The notes below the pieces were generated by a model. It searched no databases and was not told the origin of the DNA. It saw only the letters and a list, made by a program, of their open reading frames with translations. Shown here in pieces: positions 9,229-13,145 of a stretch of 13,145 nt of DNA. Position numbers and translations under genes: made by a program. Positions within the stretch are counted from its first letter, which is position 1, and each line of letters opens with the position of its first letter. The stretch is taken from NCBI GenBank assembly GCA_030141605.1, contig JAQGDQ010002142.1, forward strand, positions 1 through 13,145, read 5' to 3'. This stretch comes from Tubiluchus corallicola. Its lineage: Eukaryota > Animalia > Priapulida.

Positions 9229-10490
9229 CACAACAGAATGTATAACACAGGTATTTGGTTTTTTAAGACGAAATAAAGATTCTGACACCTTGATTATGAA
9301 ATTTGCTCAGTATTTATTGTCCGTATTCCAAATGTGGCATTCCATCTAAACATAATAACAAATTTGTACCAAAAAGCAGTAGCCAAAAGGTTAATTTTAC
9401 ATAATTTAGAGTTTTATACACTACAATACACTACAGAGTTTTAGTAATTGATAACTATTTTGTGATTTAACTAAATAATTAATTTTGAAGGTAGTTAAAT
9501 GATAAACATGTTATTAGCCACAAATCATGAGCAATTTTAGCCACGTAACAACAGTGTCTTATTAACTATATGTCTTAACTTAGCTAAATTCAGTAACCCA
9601 CTGACCCAGATCACCACAAGGGGGCAGAAGGGAAGGCAGTATGCCATATCTCCTGCACCACAGGCTTTATTTTTATTAATGCATAAAAATATATAAAAAA
9701 AGTAGTAATATATGTGTGGTTGCCTAGGAGAATCGTCCATATGTAGGCAATCAAGTTTTTTTGTAGTTATTCACATATTCTGAATCTCCATTTCATGAGG
9801 TTCATTTTGATGCTAAGCTCATCACTCTATGTTATTTTTAAGCTGAGATAATCCACGTTGAAGTTGAGGTGCAGGCTGTGCACTGAAAAACATATTCTTG
9901 AGAAAATCACTGTTAAAGTCAGCCATTGTTTATTGTCGCGTTTCTACAAAATACTTAGCAACCGCACTCAATGTTGGTTGCTACGGACTTTGCAGGAGCA
10001 CATTGAAGTTATGTTTAAAACCAGTAGATGGCTCTTCCTGATTAAAATCTGGGCTTGGCAACAGAAAAGCACCTGAGGCAAAATGACAGCTTCCAGGAGT
10101 TACCACCCGAGTTTGAAAATAGATGTTTTTTACAATTGCAGTCCTAATTTCTAGGCAGAAATGTGGGTAAAGAGTTATAAAATTAGATTTTAGTGTTCTT
10201 TGAGCAGATTCTTGATAATTTGTTGCTAGAATATAAAAGTCCAATATATTTAGCGTTTGTTTTCACAAAATACAAAAAATTTACATTTGACCAAATTTTT
10301 GGGTCATACTACTTTGAAGCCTCATAACATGACATAACATAGTTTAAACATAACATAGGACTTACGGACGGTTTTGGTGTGCAAGCACACACATAGTGAC
10401 TAGCTTAGATGGAGACAGCCTACTTGAATACCCATATTTGCTTAGCAAAAATATATTGCAGTTTTCTGCGACTTGTTCTTTTATTATCAG

Positions 10491-10685
10491 ATGATCAGCC
10501 GAGGCAGCATTATGTATCAGCTTCTAGCTACCAGGTCACCTGGTGGCCGGGAGACAAACCAGAGTTGGATATTCAAAGCGTGGGCACTCAGGACGATCAG
10601 ATAACAATCAGCAGCCTCAAGCCGGCAACGGCTTATACGGTAGTGGTCGAAGCACGTAATGTGCAGAAGTACACACCATCTGATG
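10491..10685 (+). CDS. Exon 9: DQPRQHYVSASSYQVTWWPGDKPELDIQSVGTQDDQITISSLKPATAYTVVVEARNVQKYTPSD(D)
   Basis: Acceptor ttattatcag and donor G|gtaaga; phase 1 to 1. It has a textbook FN3 motif, YQVTW...TISSLKPATAYTVVVEARN. Confidence 0.95.
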
Positions 10686-11334
10686 GTAAGACCCGTTCAC
10701 ACATACAAGAGAACTTTCATGTGTGAAAGAGAATTTTATTTACTTAACTTTTCAAACATATTCAGCGGTTTGCATTTTACTCCATGTAGACACTTGTGTC
10801 AGGACTGGAAACTTATGGCAGGACTGGAACTGGTTTCATTGTTCAGGATAGTCATTCAAAATGAGACACTGGCCCAGCAGAGGTGTCTTAATTCTTTCCA
10901 GATGCACATTAATCCTCTTTCAAGGCTTAAAAATAGTTTCAAAGTGAAAATAAAATATGGAAATTATGAGCTGGCACCATAAGTGAGTGTTAAAAGCTAG
11001 AATCAAAATTTTCATATTAAACTTAATTAAGCATGAAAACAATTTTGGAAAAATACAAATTATTGGATTTATAAAAACAATAAATTGCAAATAGTAGATA
11101 TTTTGTGTTTGAATTGAAGTGAACTGTGAAATATTAACTCTCGGATACTTTGCTCTTTTTAATTTATGTGGTTTTTGTAAATTTTGCAGACTCAGTAGTT
11201 TTTTTAGTCCTTTTTTGGAATAAAAGGTTTGCAAAAGAAGATCCTTTTTGTGAATTCTCATTACGTTGTTGTGTTCAGCTTTTTAAAATGTTTACTGTCT
11301 AAAGATTTATTTCTTTGATATTATCTATTTTTAG

Positions 11335-11508
11335 ATATGGACGAGTCCAGTGCTGGTGCATTTATCGTACGAGCACCGTCTGAGCCAATCAAAGTTGTGA
11401 CGGCCCGTCCACCGGACCCACCCATTAATTTGGGAGTAGTAAGTACGACATGTCACAGCATGAAATTGGTCTGGGAGCCACCAGTGGAGCACGGTGTTGA
11501 AGTCATTG
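11335..11508 (+). CDS. Exon 10: MDESSAGAFIVRAPSEPIKVVTARPPDPPINLGVVSTTCHSMKLVWEPPVEHGVEVI(G)
   Basis: Acceptor ctatttttag and donor G|gtgagt; phase 1 to 1. PSEP..PPDPPINL...SMKLVWEPP is a titin-like FN3 start. Confidence 0.95.
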
Positions 11509-12722
11509 GTGAGTTGGAGTTATTTTGTTTTGTTGATTTTATTAATGATTTGCGCAAAAGTTAAATAAGTTGTATTGATTGGAAAATAGACACAAGACTG
11601 AAGTTGTTATGCTGTGAACTGATTCACCCGAAAGTTTGTCAAAGGCAATGGTTAAGTTAGCCAATCTTTTTCCCATTGTTTTACTTTAGAAGCTTCATTT
11701 TGGTTAGCAGAATTCAGGAATGTGTTTTTTTCCTGAAAACTTTAATTTGAAAAAGGGTTACTGTGCACTGATATTAACGACTCTAATGTAAAGAGAGTCA
11801 GGGTGAAATTTTCTTTTCGGTGTTGTAATCGGGGAGGGGGGATGTTATTTATTACATTTGTGTAATAATTGGAGAATTGGGCATTTGTTTTTTCTTCAAT
11901 TGAATGAACCATTTCTGCTATGACAGCCATAATAAGTACTAATAATTGTCTTATTTCTGTTAGTCAGTTTCGTTTGCTTATTGGCTAGACTCTTCTTTTA
12001 TGATCCAAGGATTGTAAGTTTAATTTGTGTGCCTGCTTGGAGCCTAGGAAAATTCTTTTATTATTGGTTTATTATTATTGGAGTATTATTGGTTTTAAAC
12101 CATACTTCAAAATGGTGTAGGTCATCAAAAATCATTCTGTTTTCTTTTAAACAGAAATCATTTTATTGCTGATAAATTTTTATTCCTGATGGGAAGTAAT
12201 GATTTACAAGGAATTAAAACTGAGCTGCTTCTCAGTTTTGTTATAACGTATTTGGAATCAGCAGAAATCAAATAATTTTCTAGTTGTTAGTGTCTTTGGA
12301 AGGTTCGGTATGTCCGCTGTTTGTTTTGTCTATCAGGTTTGTATTCGTTATAGATTTCTTTCCAAAATAGGCTATAATCAGCTTTTATTCTTCTCTTATT
12401 CCTGCAAAGGAGCCTGATTGGTTTTCGTACTTTAAGGAAGCCATCTTCCTGCTTGACTTTGCTTCTATAATGCCTTGACAGTTGAACAACTTTGGCTGAT
12501 GGGGTTAATTTCTGTTGGGTGAGCTTGTGTGGAACATAATATAATTGAGCCACGATGTTGGTCAAAGTGCGCGATACAATGTTCGTCTGCTTAGTCTACT
12601 GTACAAGTTTAGTCAAGTTACTGCAATTGAAATGGAATGTTAAAGACTTCATTCTAGTATCACCAGTGCCTATAGTTGATATTAACTGTCGATGTTTTTC
12701 ATGATTGTAATTATTTTACCAG

Positions 12723-12921
12723 GTCTGAGAGTCGATGCCTTTTCTATGCATTCTGCCGATCATCCCAGCCGACAGCATGAATTCCGAGATTATATGCCTG
12801 ACTGCACGTCCGCTGTCATAGATGGCTTGTCGGAGAAGACGGAATACTTAGTAATTGTTACGGCCATCACGGAGGAGTATTTTGATGCGCTTCCCGAAAA
12901 TAACAAGTTAAAGAAAACCAG
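12723..12921 (+). CDS. Exon 11: LRVDAFSMHSADHPSRQHEFRDYMPDCTSAVIDGLSEKTEYLVIVTAITEEYFDALPENNKLKKT
   Basis: Acceptor attttaccag and donor CAG|gtacga; phase 1 to 2. IDGLSEKTEYLVIVTA is an FN3 motif. Confidence 0.92.
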
Positions 12922-13145
12922 GTACGATAGCACATCAACGTCAACAATTATAATCTGTTTTTTATAGGCAACAGGAAAAGCCAAGTGGCTAAGGTGCTTG
13001 CTTAGCAACCAAAGTTAAGCAACAGTGACTCTGTTCATTAAATGGATTGGTGATTTCTCTAAAAACTGCTTTCCGGTGATTTCTTCTGCCATATTGTCCT
13101 TGGTAACATTATTAACGGCGTGTGTATACGAAAATAACACACCTT

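Noticed and set aside
8592-9288. Minus-strand ORFs of 218, 205 and 92 aa (YALQHHVM, TTTSRYVR repeats)
   Set aside because: These are translations of a 24-bp (multiple of 3) minisatellite that is open in several frames, with no independent coding evidence.
10800-10829. Direct repeat CAGGACTGGAA x2, and short (AACAT)n near 10323-10357
   Set aside because: Small local slippage duplications with no associated structure.

Overview
This is AT-rich eukaryotic (animal) genomic DNA, not a prokaryotic locus. The repeat families suggest a marine invertebrate, probably a lophotrochozoan (inference). The whole window lies inside one + strand gene. Eleven internal GT-AG exons (144-263, 935-1073, 2512-2650, 4394-4598, 4969-5089, 6466-6657, 7595-7808, 8273-8413, 10491-10685, 11335-11508, 12723-12921) splice with matching phases into a stop-free frame of 612 complete codons. 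It encodes about six tandem fibronectin type III (FN3) domains; the start and stop codons lie outside the window. The introns hold a likely L2/CR1 LINE 3' remnant, a degenerate Tigger/pogo-like MITE, a Helentron/HINE-type element with an expanded minisatellite, and a full-length tRNA-derived SINE with an (ATT)44 tail. They also hold an inverted older copy of that SINE, a non-autonomous Helitron and two 24-25 bp minisatellites sharing a 10-bp core. The most notable observations are a minimal Penelope-type hammerhead ribozyme motif antisense in intron 5, a DSGIAS beta-TrCP-type degron in an FN3 loop, an in-frame alternative donor/acceptor pair next to that degron, and inverted SINEs bracketing exons 4-6. 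I cannot support a claim of a wholly new system; these are testable leads.
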